Source: a bacterium | GTDB taxonomy: Bacteria > Hydrothermota > Tepidihabitantia > Tepidihabitantales > Tepidihabitantaceae | Direction: 5' to 3' | Assembly (NCBI GenBank): GCA_046485285.1 | Contig: JAWOHE010000051.1 | Coordinates: 1 to 31,420 of the forward strand | Length of the DNA: 31,420 nucleotides | Part shown: positions 6,838-16,575 of the stretch, piece by piece | Numbering within the stretch: the stretch's first letter is position 1 | Layout: every line of letters starts with the position of its first letter | Notes under the pieces: model-generated | What the model was told of the DNA's origin: nothing | The model's input: the letters and a program-made list of their open reading frames with translations, nothing else | Database searches by the model: none | Translations under genes and position numbers: made by a program

Positions 6838-8823
6838 ATGATAAGGAAGACCGTGTCACTGACGGCACTGCTGATGGCAGTGCTTCCCGCGCTCGTGTTC
6901 GGATACCCGGGCATCGGCGGCGGGAGAGGCCTGCTGCGCGTCCAGAGCGCGCTGGTCGAAGACGAGGCCGGGCTGACACTATCAGCCCACGCGCTGGGAC
7001 GCAACGCGCTGTTCGCCGAGCCCAATCCAACTAACACTAAAGGATGGGTGCTCGACCTGGTTGCGCCGGAGCTGAGCTACGCGCCGGTTGTCACCAGGTA
7101 TGTCGGCGTGGAGGTATTCAGCTCGTGGGGCGGGATATTCCAGACCCCGAAGAAGATAGATAATGACGGCTTCACGATGGCCACGCACGACCTCAAGGCC
7201 GGCGGCAAGGTGTCGGTGCCGATCATACCGGTGCTGAAGCTGGGCTTTGCCGGCTCCTACACGTTCACGTCTGGCAGGAATAACAGACCCGACGTCGAGT
7301 GGCTCGACCCGTACGGCATCCCGCAGGCGGGCGACCCGGCCGTCGCCGGGGCGTCGAAGTTCGCCTGGAACGGCCTGGCGACGCTGCAGTTCCAGGACGT
7401 GCTGCCGACCGCGCCCAACTTCATGTTCAACCTCGGCAAGATCAACGAGGAGACCCGGTACGGCATCGGCGTCGAGCTGGCCGGCCGCGGCTTCGCGCTG
7501 TTCGGTGAAGTGCTCTCGCGCCAGCCGGCCGCCTCCAAGAACATGTTTGATACCGACATCGGCCACGTCTACCTGACCCCCGGGGTCGTGTTCGGCAACG
7601 CCAGTTCGTTCGCGTTCAAGGCCGCCTACTCCTTCGCGCTCGGCAAACGGGCGAATAACGAACTCATCGCCGGCATATCGCTGGCGACGCCGTTCGGCGC
7701 GCGCCCCAAGCCTCAGTTCGGCACGATTGCCGGCACGGTCACCGACGAAAAGACCGGCGTCGCGCTCGCCGCCAATGTCGGGTTCCCGAGGAACGACCAA
7801 TTGACGCCGATCACCACCAGCGCAAGGGGCGTGTTTGAGGTCAAGAAGGCCCCGACCGGCGTGACGGTGGTCGAAGCCTCTGCCCCGGGCTACCAGTCGC
7901 AGTCGGTCCCGCTCGACGTCAAGAAGGGCGCGGTCACGACCCACGACTTCAAACTCCGCTCGCTTGTCGCCTACGGCGTGGTCGCGGGCCAGGTGCTCGA
8001 TGCCGCGACCAAGCAGCCGCTGAACGCGCGGATCGAGTTCCCGAAGAGCAGCCTCGCGGCGCTGAACTCCGACCAGCCGGGCGGCGCGTTCCGCGTCAAC
8101 GACGTCCCGACCGGGGTCTACAGCGTGACCGCCGCGCTCGAGGGCTACTTCACCGGTTCGCAGACCGTCACCGTCGAGGACGGCAAGGTCACCAACGTCG
8201 TGTTCAACCTGACCACCAAGGACATGACGAGCACGCTGACCGGCAAGGTGTCGGACAAGCAGACCGGGAAGCCGCTGGTGGCGACGGTCAGCTTCCCCGA
8301 CGGGGGCGTGGCCGCAGCGGTCACCAGCCCGACAACCGGCGTCTACTCCACCGAGCTGCCGGTCGGCTCGTACGCGGTCAAGGCCACGGCCGAGGGCTAC
8401 ATTGACCAGACCGCGGCAATCGTGATCGAAAAGGGCAAGCCTGCCGTCAAGAACTTCGAGCTGGTCAAGGAAGGCATGTCCATCACCCTGCGCGGCATCT
8501 ACTTCGACTACGACAAGTCGACAATCAAGCCGGAGTCCCGGCCGGCGCTTGAGGATGCCGCCAGGATTCTCACCGAGAACCCGTCCATCCGGGTCGAGAT
8601 CCAGGGCCACACTGACAGCGACGGCTCGGAGTCCTACAACCTCAGCCTGTCCGACCGCCGCGCCGCAGCGGTGGTGAGCTACCTCGTGCATAACCTGCGC
8701 ATCGACGCAAGCCGACTGATGTCGAGGGGCTATGGCGAGAGCAACCCGGTGGCCACGAACAGCACGGCCGAGGGCAAGGCCCTCAACCGCCGGGTCGAGT
8801 TCTACATCATCAGCCAGAAGTAG
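6838..8823 (+). CDS. OmpA-family protein: N-terminal barrel-like region, three carboxypeptidase-regulatory-like domains, C-terminal peptidoglycan-binding domain
   Basis: Signal peptide; three G.I.G.V.D..T..PL.A repeats; IYFDYDKS, IQGHTDSDG, NLSLSDRRA, GYGESNP, NRRVEF; RBS GGGAGG. Confidence 0.92.
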   Translation: MIRKTVSLTALLMAVLPALVFGYPGIGGGRGLLRVQSALVEDEAGLTLSAHALGRNALFAEPNPTNTKGWVLDLVAPELSYAPVVTRYVGVEVFSSWGGIFQTPKKIDNDGFTMATHDLKAGGKVSVPIIPVLKLGFAGSYTFTSGRNNRPDVEWLDPYGIPQAGDPAVAGASKFAWNGLATLQFQDVLPTAPNFMFNLGKINEETRYGIGVELAGRGFALFGEVLSRQPAASKNMFDTDIGHVYLTPGVVFGNASSFAFKAAYSFALGKRANNELIAGISLATPFGARPKPQFGTIAGTVTDEKTGVALAANVGFPRNDQLTPITTSARGVFEVKKAPTGVTVVEASAPGYQSQSVPLDVKKGAVTTHDFKLRSLVAYGVVAGQVLDAATKQPLNARIEFPKSSLAALNSDQPGGAFRVNDVPTGVYSVTAALEGYFTGSQTVTVEDGKVTNVVFNLTTKDMTSTLTGKVSDKQTGKPLVATVSFPDGGVAAAVTSPTTGVYSTELPVGSYAVKATAEGYIDQTAAIVIEKGKPAVKNFELVKEGMSITLRGIYFDYDKSTIKPESRPALEDAARILTENPSIRVEIQGHTDSDGSESYNLSLSDRRAAAVVSYLVHNLRIDASRLMSRGYGESNPVATNSTAEGKALNRRVEFYIISQK

Positions 8824-8843
8824 CGCTGATACCGGCAACAGGG

Positions 8844-8869
8844 CGGGGGCGGCTTCACAGCCGCCCCCG
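8844..8869. terminator. GC-rich hairpin after the OmpA-family gene, between convergent genes
   Basis: CGGGGGCGGCT-TCAC-AGCCGCCCCCG, 11-bp perfect stem with a weak U tract. Confidence 0.65.
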
Positions 8870-9319
8870 TTCCGCGTGCCGCGCGGCCCGCAGAACCGAC
8901 GATGAAAGCCCCGCTTCCCGGCCGGACCCGGGTCCAGAGGACGACGACCGAGGGCGGGCGTCGCGTGCGGCCTCCGGGCCGGGGTCGTGCGGCTCACCGC
9001 AGTCGTCGAGGCTGAGCGGCCCGGGCCGGCGCGACCGGGCGCGCGCCCGCTCGCGGGCGCGGTTGCGGCAGACGTCGATGACCCAGGTCGAGATTCGGCA
9101 GTCGCCGCGGAAAGCGGGCAGGCCGCGCAGGGCGCGCTCGATTCCCTCGATGGCCGCGTCCTCGGCCTCGGCGTCGTCGGCGAGGACCGTCCGGGCGTAG
9201 GCGAGCGCGACCGGCCAGAACCGGCGGAAGAACCGCTCGGCCGCGCCGGGCCTGCCTTCCCGGAGGTCGTCGAGCAGGTCGCGGTCCGGGTCCGGGCGGG
9301 GCGCGCGGGGTTCGTCCAT
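8855..9319 (-). pseudogene. ECF-type sigma factor with region 2 only (region 4 absent); probably truncated
   Basis: DRDLL..LREG...AAERFFRRF...AEAEDAA.E.....LRGLPAFRGDCRISTWV..VCRN is an ECF sigma-2 pattern. The tail is low-complexity and no sigma-4 HTH was seen in any minus-strand frame. Confidence 0.7.
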
Positions 9320-9351
9320 CGCCTTTCACGATAGCCGGGCGGCCACGGACG

Positions 9352-9782
9352 TCAGTCTCCATCGGTATCGAGCGCGGCGATGACCGCGCGTTCGACCGCT
9401 TCGAGGGTCCCGGGGTCGAGCCCGCGCACCCGCCATTTCTCGCGCCGCGGGGCGAGCACGGCGGCGAGTCCCGGGCCCTGGGCCCGGCGCTAGCGTCCCC
9501 AGACCTCGCGGCCCCAGCAGAGGTATGAGTAGGCGGCGGCGTGGGGCGTGTCCCGGCGGGCGAGCGCGGCGCGGACCGCGTCGGCGACGCCCTGCACCAC
9601 CGCGGCCTGCTCGCGGAACCGCTCGACCGCACGCTCGGGCAGGCCGGTCCTCGCCCGAACCGGGCGGCCTGCCACTGGACGGCAAGGGTTCGTCGGAAGG
9701 CCTCGGGCCGGCGGAGGGAGGATGCCCCGGTTGGTTTCGGCCGCGCAGGCGGCGGCGGGTGGTGTCGGCGTGAGTCCGTCAT
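9352..9782 (-). pseudogene. Disrupted small helical protein (in-frame TAG at 9490-9492, probable frameshift near 9650) resembling the SIRV2-type capsid fold
   Basis: GC3-biased frame runs ...ERAVERFREQ...YSYLCWGREVWGR*RRAQGPGL...EKWRVRGLDPGTLEAVERAV... to a TGA at 9352-9354. The upstream GC3-rich frame starts at ATG 9782. Confidence 0.55.
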
Positions 9783-10275
9783 GTTCGCCCTGTTGGATGC
9801 CGCCGGCGGGAAAGACTAACACGAAATCTTCGCTCGCGGGCGGCCGAGGCAGACTCGTCCGCCGCAACCGGGTTGTTTGCGGGCAGTTACGCGACCCGGT
9901 CGAGTAGCGATTCCGGGTCCGGGTTCACTTGCGGGGGCACTGTCCGGGGGAGAAACGGGTAGCGGCTACCGATATGCTTTCGTGGGCCGGGTCCGGGAGC
10001 GGCTCGCCGGCCGGCTCGAGACCTGCCGGTGCGGCCGGTCTGCCGGGCGTCCGGACCGGCGCAGGTCAGGATGCGGTCCAGCCCGCGCGGCCGGTTGCCG
10101 GCCGGGCCGCGCGGCTGGCGTCCGTCCGGCCGGCTGTCCGCGCCGCGGGCGGAGAGGGCCCGGGAAGGCGGACAGGGAGTCAAACACAAAGACACCAAGA
10201 GGATTGGCGCACGTACCGGAACAGGCAAGAAACTCAAGGGCACGAAGCGGGACTGGGCGAAACCCGGCCCGCGGG

Positions 10276-13200
10276 CTAGCGGGAGTCCGGTTCGCCCGGC
10301 CGGCTGAGGATGACGTCCCGGTCGGGCAGGAGCGGGAGCATCAGCCGGCCGTTGCAGGGTGAGTAGACGCCGTCGGCGAGCGACCCGGTCACCGTCACCC
10401 AATGCCAGGGCACGTCGAGCACGGCCGTCATCGGCACTGCCGGCAGACCCCCGGTGCGGACCCCCTCGAGCCGGAGCGTGGCCGAGCGCTCGGACTGGTC
10501 CAGAACCAGGCGCGCCTGCCGGTGCTGGAGCAGGTAGCGTCCGACGTCCTCAATCGGCGCGACCCAGAGGCCGGCGTTGCGCACGAGCCGGGCCTGGCGG
10601 CCGAAGGTCAGCGGCGTCACCGAGTAGGTGTGGGTGACATTGTGGCGGAGCATCGTCTGCAGTTCGCGGGCTTCCGGCTCGAGGATGCGGTGGTGCTGGA
10701 GGATTGTCCACTTGTCCCGGCCGGCGGCGAGAATGCGGATGAATCCGGCCAGCCCGGGCAGGGTCTCGTTGTAGAAGGCGAAGCTCGAGAGCCGGAACCG
10801 GTCGAAGCCGGACGCCGGGTTGTGACGGTCGCCGGTGGCGCGCCCGAACCAGAACCCGGCGCGGCGGGCCGCCTCGACCAGTTCTGGCCCGGCCGCGCTG
10901 TAGGGGTAGTGGCAGGTGCGGACCGGCGCGCCGAGCGCCTGCTCGAGCGCGCTCGCCGCGGCGGGCAGTTCGTCGGGTCGGCCCGCGAGTTCCGGCGCGT
11001 GGGTCAGCCCGTGGGCCGCGATGGTGTGGCCGCCGGCGAGCAGGCGCTTCGCCTCGGTGACCCCAAGGCGAAGGAACGGCACGCCGTCTTCCTCCGCGTG
11101 CCAGCCCGGCTGGGCCTCGGTCCACTCGACGACGAGCCCGAAGCCGGCCTTCATCCCATAGCGGTCGAGGACCGGCACCGCGTGCTTGAGCTGGTCGTAT
11201 GAGCCGTCGTCGAAGGTGAACGACACCGCGCCGGCGCGGTCACCTTGGAATCGGGCGAGCCGGGCCGTGACGCCCTCGCCCGGGTCCGGCCGAGTCCCGG
11301 CGAGCCGGGCGAGGCTTGCCCGCCGGGCCGCCGAGTCGGCGAGGACCGCGTCCAGGCCGGCGGCGAAGAGGCCGTAGCTGTCCTTGAGACGTTCCTCGTA
11401 TTCCGGCTCTTCCCACCCGCGCCAGCGCCAACGCCGGGTGAACTGGAGGACGCCGTTCCGGACCGGCGGCAGGGCAGCGGCGATCGCGCCCGGCGTCGCC
11501 TTGTCCGCGATGAATGCCGAGAAGGCGAAGCCCGTGGTCGTCGCCGACTGGATGCCATCGGCGAGCGGGTCGTCTTGCAGGACCTGGAACGAGGACGGGT
11601 CCGAGACGTTGAGCAGCGCCCAGGGCAGGCGGAGCTCGATGACCCGGTCCAATGCGTACCAGTCGGCGAGTGAGTTGTCGGCGGAGCGGCCGAAGCTGAG
11701 CCGGCCGTACTCGGTAGTGTAGGTCGGGATGGTTTCGCCGGCGGCGGTGAACCGAAGGTGGTTGCTGATGAGGCGCTGGGTGACGAACGCGCCATCCCGG
11801 CCGGCGGCCGTCCGGACCGCGGGCGGGTCGGTCAGGTAGGGGTCGTAGTAGAGCGAGTAGCCGCTGTCGACCAGCACCTCGGCGTCGCCGGTGTCGGAGA
11901 GCAGGACGAGGAACTCGACGCCGTTGGCACAGTCCAACCCGATCCGGCCCAGCCGCGTGTTGCCGAGGCGCGGGTCGTAGGTGTCGATGGCAATGCCGAT
12001 CGCGTGCCGGCGCCAGTCCGGCGCCTGTGCGAGGTCGAGCCGGAGGTAGCAGTACTCCTCGTCGGCCGCGGCCCAGAGGGCCCGGATGCCGGCCGCCGGG
12101 TCCCGCGCCGCGGCGAGGGGCCGGCCGGCCCAGTCGCCGGTGTCGCCGTCGACCGCGACCAGCTCGCGGCCGAACCGGACCATCCCGAAGCACTGCTCAG
12201 GGTTCTGGACGTTGTGCCAGAGCCGGACCCGGTCGGCCGGGACCGCGAAGTCGTCGATGAGCCAGTTGCGCTTGAACCATTCGTCGAGCCAGGCGAATAC
12301 CACCCCGCCCGCGCAGCCCTCGGCGTGGATGGCGTCCAGCATCGCAAGGTTCATCCGGGCCTGTTCGGCCTCGTCGTGGCCGCCATGGTTCATCCCGAGC
12401 CAGCTGTGGTGGGAGCTGCCGCGCGACGAGGGCACGCCGAACTCGGCGACCAAGACGGGCAGGCCGGTGTGGTGCCGCTTCAGGTCGTGCAGGTAGCCGG
12501 CGTAGTTGTCCGACTCGCCGCGGGCGTTGCGGTAGTCCCGGTAGGCCGGGTCGAGAAACACGAAATCCGGGTAGTAGGGGTAGACGTGGTAGGCCGCGTA
12601 GTAGCCGGCCCGGAGGGCGGGCGTGGTGTGGAGCGCGAGCGGGTCAACGGCGACGAGGTCGTTATCCGCCTCGCGTGCGCGCCACCGGTCGGCGTACTCG
12701 CTGGGATGGTACATCGGGTCGATCGGCAGCCAGCTCGTGAAGGCGACCGGCCGCTGGACCCGGCCGGCCAGCACCTCGTACTGGACGAGGTAGTCGAGCA
12801 TCCCGGCGAGCCAGACCTCGGTTGGACTGCCGGCCGGGACGCTGAAGAAGGCGCCATCGTAGCGGCCGACGTTCTCGCGCGCGGAGTCGGTGACGGCGAC
12901 CGCCTCCGGCTCCCACTCGCGGCCGAACAGGTAGCCGAGGGTGAAGGCCGACACGTCGGCGGAGTAGGCGCCGGCGGCGTGGGCCGGCCGCTCGGGCCGC
13001 ACCGCCCGGCCGGACACGACGTCGACCGCGTCCCGGATCTCCTGCTTGAGCGCGCGGGTGTAGTCCGGGTCGAACAGGTCGTTGGATTCCGGAAGCTCGG
13101 CCCAGATGCCCTGGAGGAGGAAGACCGGCCGCTCGGAGTTGCGGAAGTTGTGCGCGGCCAGCGCCTGGTAGAACTCCGGCGGCAGGATGGTGTAGACCCG

Positions 13201-13599
13201 GACCGTGTTGATGCCCGCCTCGGCCATCTGCGCGAGCCAGCGGGCGTAGTCCTCGCGCCGGGCAGCGAATTCGGTCGGGTAGCGGCCGGGCAGGGCCACG
13301 CCGAGGTTGGCGCCGACCACGAAGAGCTTCCGCCAGGACTCGGTCTTCTCGCCGCGGGCGGTGCTGGACACCACCAGGTGCTCGAACTCATCGCCGGCGC
13401 AGCGGAACCGGACCTCGGCTTCGGCCGCGGCCGCTTCGATTTCCTCGCGCGAGGCGGTGATCTCGGCCGGGCCGGGCGCAGGCTCGACCACCCGGACGAC
13501 CCGGGGCCGGGCGCGCCCGCGCTCGAGCCGGACCAGCCACCAGACCAGCAGGCCGAGGCCGGCCAGCATCAGGCCAATGACCGCGTACTTGCCCCGCAT
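10276..13599 (-). CDS. Membrane-anchored glycoside hydrolase (clan GH-A-like TIM barrel) + DOMON/CBM9-like + CE4/NodB polysaccharide deacetylase fusion, 1107 aa
   Basis: Start MRGKYAVIGL at 13599 with a TM helix; GINTVRVYT, LGYLFGREWE, AYHVYPYYP, VLVAEFG, FAWLDEWFK; VDGDTGDW...IAIDTYD; SFTFDDG, AHGLTH, HYPY. Confidence 0.85.
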   Translation of the reverse strand: MRGKYAVIGLMLAGLGLLVWWLVRLERGRARPRVVRVVEPAPGPAEITASREEIEAAAAEAEVRFRCAGDEFEHLVVSSTARGEKTESWRKLFVVGANLGVALPGRYPTEFAARREDYARWLAQMAEAGINTVRVYTILPPEFYQALAAHNFRNSERPVFLLQGIWAELPESNDLFDPDYTRALKQEIRDAVDVVSGRAVRPERPAHAAGAYSADVSAFTLGYLFGREWEPEAVAVTDSARENVGRYDGAFFSVPAGSPTEVWLAGMLDYLVQYEVLAGRVQRPVAFTSWLPIDPMYHPSEYADRWRAREADNDLVAVDPLALHTTPALRAGYYAAYHVYPYYPDFVFLDPAYRDYRNARGESDNYAGYLHDLKRHHTGLPVLVAEFGVPSSRGSSHHSWLGMNHGGHDEAEQARMNLAMLDAIHAEGCAGGVVFAWLDEWFKRNWLIDDFAVPADRVRLWHNVQNPEQCFGMVRFGRELVAVDGDTGDWAGRPLAAARDPAAGIRALWAAADEEYCYLRLDLAQAPDWRRHAIGIAIDTYDPRLGNTRLGRIGLDCANGVEFLVLLSDTGDAEVLVDSGYSLYYDPYLTDPPAVRTAAGRDGAFVTQRLISNHLRFTAAGETIPTYTTEYGRLSFGRSADNSLADWYALDRVIELRLPWALLNVSDPSSFQVLQDDPLADGIQSATTTGFAFSAFIADKATPGAIAAALPPVRNGVLQFTRRWRWRGWEEPEYEERLKDSYGLFAAGLDAVLADSAARRASLARLAGTRPDPGEGVTARLARFQGDRAGAVSFTFDDGSYDQLKHAVPVLDRYGMKAGFGLVVEWTEAQPGWHAEEDGVPFLRLGVTEAKRLLAGGHTIAAHGLTHAPELAGRPDELPAAASALEQALGAPVRTCHYPYSAAGPELVEAARRAGFWFGRATGDRHNPASGFDRFRLSSFAFYNETLPGLAGFIRILAAGRDKWTILQHHRILEPEARELQTMLRHNVTHTYSVTPLTFGRQARLVRNAGLWVAPIEDVGRYLLQHRQARLVLDQSERSATLRLEGVRTGGLPAVPMTAVLDVPWHWVTVTGSLADGVYSPCNGRLMLPLLPDRDVILSRPGEPDSR

Positions 13600-13600
13600 C

Positions 13601-15103
13601 TCAGAACGCCCGGCTGACGCCGGCGCCGAAGCCGGCGTAGAGATACCGCCCCCGGCCGGCGGTGCGCTCGAAGTTCGCGTCGAGCGCGAGCCGGATGCCG
13701 GCTGCGAGCAGTTGGTCAAGCGAGCCGCCGGCCCGGGCCACCCACTCCTGTGCGGCATTGAGCCCGCCGGCCGCGTCGGCGGCCAGCCCGGTGCGGCTCC
13801 CGCGCCAGCGGAAGCTCAGGCCGACCGTGTTCGTGACCAGGCCGCGGGGCGAGTAGTAGCGCGGGGAATCGACGCGGAAGTCGTCGAAGCTGAAGGTGTA
13901 GGCGAGCGCCAGCCGGGGCCGGGACAGGAGGTCGAAGCCGGCGCCCGCGGACAGCGAGTTCCTGACGTTGCCGTCGTCGATGACCTGCAGGCGCGCGGCC
14001 CGGGCCTCGACCCGGAGCCCGGGCACCGGCCTGACAACGAGCCCGGTCGCGCCCGCGAAGGCGCCGATGTTCTGTGTCGGCTCGAACAGGATGCGGCCCG
14101 CGTCGCCGGTCCACGCCAGCCAGGTCCGTTCCAGCTCCCAGGCCAGCGTCGCCGACTTGAACGCGAAGCCGAGGACGTCGCCCTGGGCCTGGGCGGTGAG
14201 GCCGAGCCAGGTCAGCGGCCGGTACGTGACCGCGGCCCGCGCCAGCAGGTAGTCGCGACCCAGCGTGCCGCGCCGATTTGCCGACCAGGACAGGGCCGCG
14301 CCCGGCACGAGCCGGTCGTCGAGGCGCTGTTCGTAACGGAACCGGTACTCGCGGCTCGCGCCGCGCACCTCGCCGTCATCGTCGCGCGCGTCGCGGAGCT
14401 CGATGCCCGCCCGCGGCGCAGCGGCCTCGGCAACACGCCGGTGCGCCTCGGCGATGTCCGCGCGCCCGGGCGAAAGCTCCAGCGCCCGGCGGTACTGGTC
14501 CCGCGCCGCCAGCGGCCGGCCCGACCACTCGAGGTTCTGGCCCAGGCCGAAAAGGTAGTCGGCGTTCCCGGGCGCCAGCGCGTCCAGCCTGCGGTAGAGC
14601 GCGGCCGCGGCCGCGTGGTCGCCCGACCAGCCCAGCACCTGGGCCCGGCGCGACAGCACCTCGCGGTTGCCCGGCAGCAGTGACTCGGCCTCGGCCAGCC
14701 AGCGAAGGGCTTCCCGGTAGCGGCCGGCCCAGCCGGATACCCGGCCCTTGCCCAGCACCGCCTCGGGGTAATTCTCGCCGGCCGGGTCGACTTCCTCGTA
14801 GAGCGCCAGCGCATCATCCTGCCGGCCCTGCCAGGAGAGCGCCAGCGCCATCCCCAGTCGCGTGTCGTCGTCCGAGCGGTCCTCGGCGAGCAGGCGGCCG
14901 TAGACCGCGATCGCCGAGTCGAGCGCGCCGGTGTTGCGCAGCACCAGCGCGAGCGCCTTCCGGAGCGGCCGGTCGTCGGGCGCGGAGCGCACGGCGGCCT
15001 CGATGCGGGGCAGGGCCTCGGCCCCGCGTCCGGCCTCGACCAGGTCGTGGACCTCGGCGACGGTAATCGGCTCGAGGGCGAGCAGGAGCAGCAGCAGTAT
15101 CAC
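13601..15103 (-). CDS. TPR-repeat plus C-terminal beta-barrel outer-membrane export protein (PgaA/YaiO-like), about 500 aa
   Basis: GTG start overlapping the GT2 stop (GTGA); signal-like VILLLLLLA; TPRs with W.G motifs (LGMALALSWQG, RAQVLGWSG); YYSP motif, beta strands and terminal F. Confidence 0.85.
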   Translation of the reverse strand: MILLLLLLALEPITVAEVHDLVEAGRGAEALPRIEAAVRSAPDDRPLRKALALVLRNTGALDSAIAVYGRLLAEDRSDDDTRLGMALALSWQGRQDDALALYEEVDPAGENYPEAVLGKGRVSGWAGRYREALRWLAEAESLLPGNREVLSRRAQVLGWSGDHAAAAALYRRLDALAPGNADYLFGLGQNLEWSGRPLAARDQYRRALELSPGRADIAEAHRRVAEAAAPRAGIELRDARDDDGEVRGASREYRFRYEQRLDDRLVPGAALSWSANRRGTLGRDYLLARAAVTYRPLTWLGLTAQAQGDVLGFAFKSATLAWELERTWLAWTGDAGRILFEPTQNIGAFAGATGLVVRPVPGLRVEARAARLQVIDDGNVRNSLSAGAGFDLLSRPRLALAYTFSFDDFRVDSPRYYSPRGLVTNTVGLSFRWRGSRTGLAADAAGGLNAAQEWVARAGGSLDQLLAAGIRLALDANFERTAGRGRYLYAGFGAGVSRAF

Positions 15104-16557
15104 GACGCCCCGCCGAAGCCGCTGCGTTCGAACTTGTACCAGGACCGTTGTCCCCGGGCCCAGTCCCACGCGCCCCAGAGCTGGAACGCGGTCCGGAGCG
15201 GGCCGTAGACCGGCCCGCTGACCATCGAGTAGCCGACCAGCCGCAGCCAGTCCCCGAACGAGCGGTAGCGCATCGCCTCGACGTTGACCGTCGAGCTCCG
15301 GGCGAAGCGGCGCTCGACCGCGGTCGTGACGAGCGCGGTGATGATGCCGCCGGCCAGCGCGGCCGCGCCGAGAATCCCGGCCAGCCACCACAGGCTGACT
15401 TCGCCCGCCGCCGCGAGCCAGACCAGGAGCCCGAGCCCGGCGACCTGGAGCGCCGGCGCGAACCCGACGAAGACGACCTGATAGGCCATCCCGAGCAGCC
15501 CGGCCGTGCCATAGCCGGGCTCGAACCACATCGCCCGGTGGAGAAGGAGCGACTCGATCAGGCCGCGGTGCCACCGGTTGCGCTGGCGGGCGAGCTGGCC
15601 GAGGGTTGCCGGCACTTCGGTCCACGCCACCGGCCAGGGGTCGAAGACAATCGGCCGGCGCAGCCGGTTCTCGCGGATGTAGCGGTGCAGCCGGACGATG
15701 ACCTCCATGTCTTCGCAGACCGTGCCGGTCGGCCGGCCCCGGCCGATGCGCCGGACGTACTCGTGGCGGTTGAACCGGGTCAGGAACCCGCCGCACGCGA
15801 GCAGGAGCTCGCGGTCGAACATCGAGAACGCGCCCGAGAGTACCATCAGCGAGCCGGCCGCGGAGAGCGCGATGCGGCCGACGGTATACGAGACGAGGTA
15901 CTCGATGAGCTGGAACATCACCAGCGCCCGGCGCGGCAGGTGCGCGGCCGTGACCCGGCCGCCCTCGACCCGAACGCCGTTGGCGGCGGTGATGAGCCCG
16001 CCCGCGGCCGCGGCGTTCCGGCAATGGAACAGGCCGGCGAGACGGCTCAGCGCGGAGGGCGCGAGCAGGGAATCCGAGTCGATGGTCACGACGAGTGGCA
16101 TCCGGGTCAGCCCCAGCCCGACGTTCAGCGAGTCGGCCTTGCCGGTGTTCGGCTTGTCGGCGACCCGCAAGCGCGGGTCGAGACCGGAGCAGAACACCTC
16201 GCGCACCGGCGCGGTGCCCAGCAGGTCAACGTATTCCGTCGGTTCGGGCCGGAGCCGGAACTCCCGGCGGAGCGCCGCCAGCGTGTCGTCCGAGGAGCCG
16301 TCGTTGACGACGATGACTTCGAACCGCGGGTAGTCCAGCGCGAGGAGCGAGCGCACGCTTTCGACGACCGTCGCGGCCTCGTTGTAGGCCGGGACGAGGA
16401 TCGCGACGCCCGCGTCGGCGGCCGGCGCGCCGGCCGGGTCGGGTCCGGACCGCGAGCGCCGGAACACGACGAGGAAGACGACGAAGAAAGACACGTTGAT
16501 GAGGACGTCGAGCCCGAAGTAAACCGCAAGCAGGTCGACCGCGACCCAGAGCAGCAT
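15100..16557 (-). CDS. GT2 processive glycosyltransferase (PgaC/IcaA/cellulose-synthase-like)
   Basis: LVPAYNE, VNDGSSD, GKADSLN, IDSD, CEDME, QRNRWHRG; N- and C-terminal TM helices. Confidence 0.93.
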   Translation of the reverse strand: MLLWVAVDLLAVYFGLDVLINVSFFVVFLVVFRRSRSGPDPAGAPAADAGVAILVPAYNEAATVVESVRSLLALDYPRFEVIVVNDGSSDDTLAALRREFRLRPEPTEYVDLLGTAPVREVFCSGLDPRLRVADKPNTGKADSLNVGLGLTRMPLVVTIDSDSLLAPSALSRLAGLFHCRNAAAAGGLITAANGVRVEGGRVTAAHLPRRALVMFQLIEYLVSYTVGRIALSAAGSLMVLSGAFSMFDRELLLACGGFLTRFNRHEYVRRIGRGRPTGTVCEDMEVIVRLHRYIRENRLRRPIVFDPWPVAWTEVPATLGQLARQRNRWHRGLIESLLLHRAMWFEPGYGTAGLLGMAYQVVFVGFAPALQVAGLGLLVWLAAAGEVSLWWLAGILGAAALAGGIITALVTTAVERRFARSSTVNVEAMRYRSFGDWLRLVGYSMVSGPVYGPLRTAFQLWGAWDWARGQRSWYKFERSGFGGAS

Positions 16558-16575
16558 CAGCCGGGGCGCGCGGCC

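Noticed and set aside
9490-9492. Amber recoding or pyrrolysine readthrough
   Set aside because: TAG is a normal stop for many genes here (ends at 2248, 2536, 5338, 8823) and the same ORF also seems frameshifted, so decay is the simpler explanation.
9870-10275. GC-rich intergenic stretch with possible hairpins and short ORFs
   Set aside because: Pairings are expected at this GC content; no second copy, promoter or coding signature found.
13601-16024. 807-aa version of the TPR protein, and extended starts at 13758, 25464, 29024 and 29646
   Set aside because: The extensions overlap neighbouring genes or promoters. Signal peptides, RBS and coupling support starts at 15103, 13599, 25449, 29273 and 29163.
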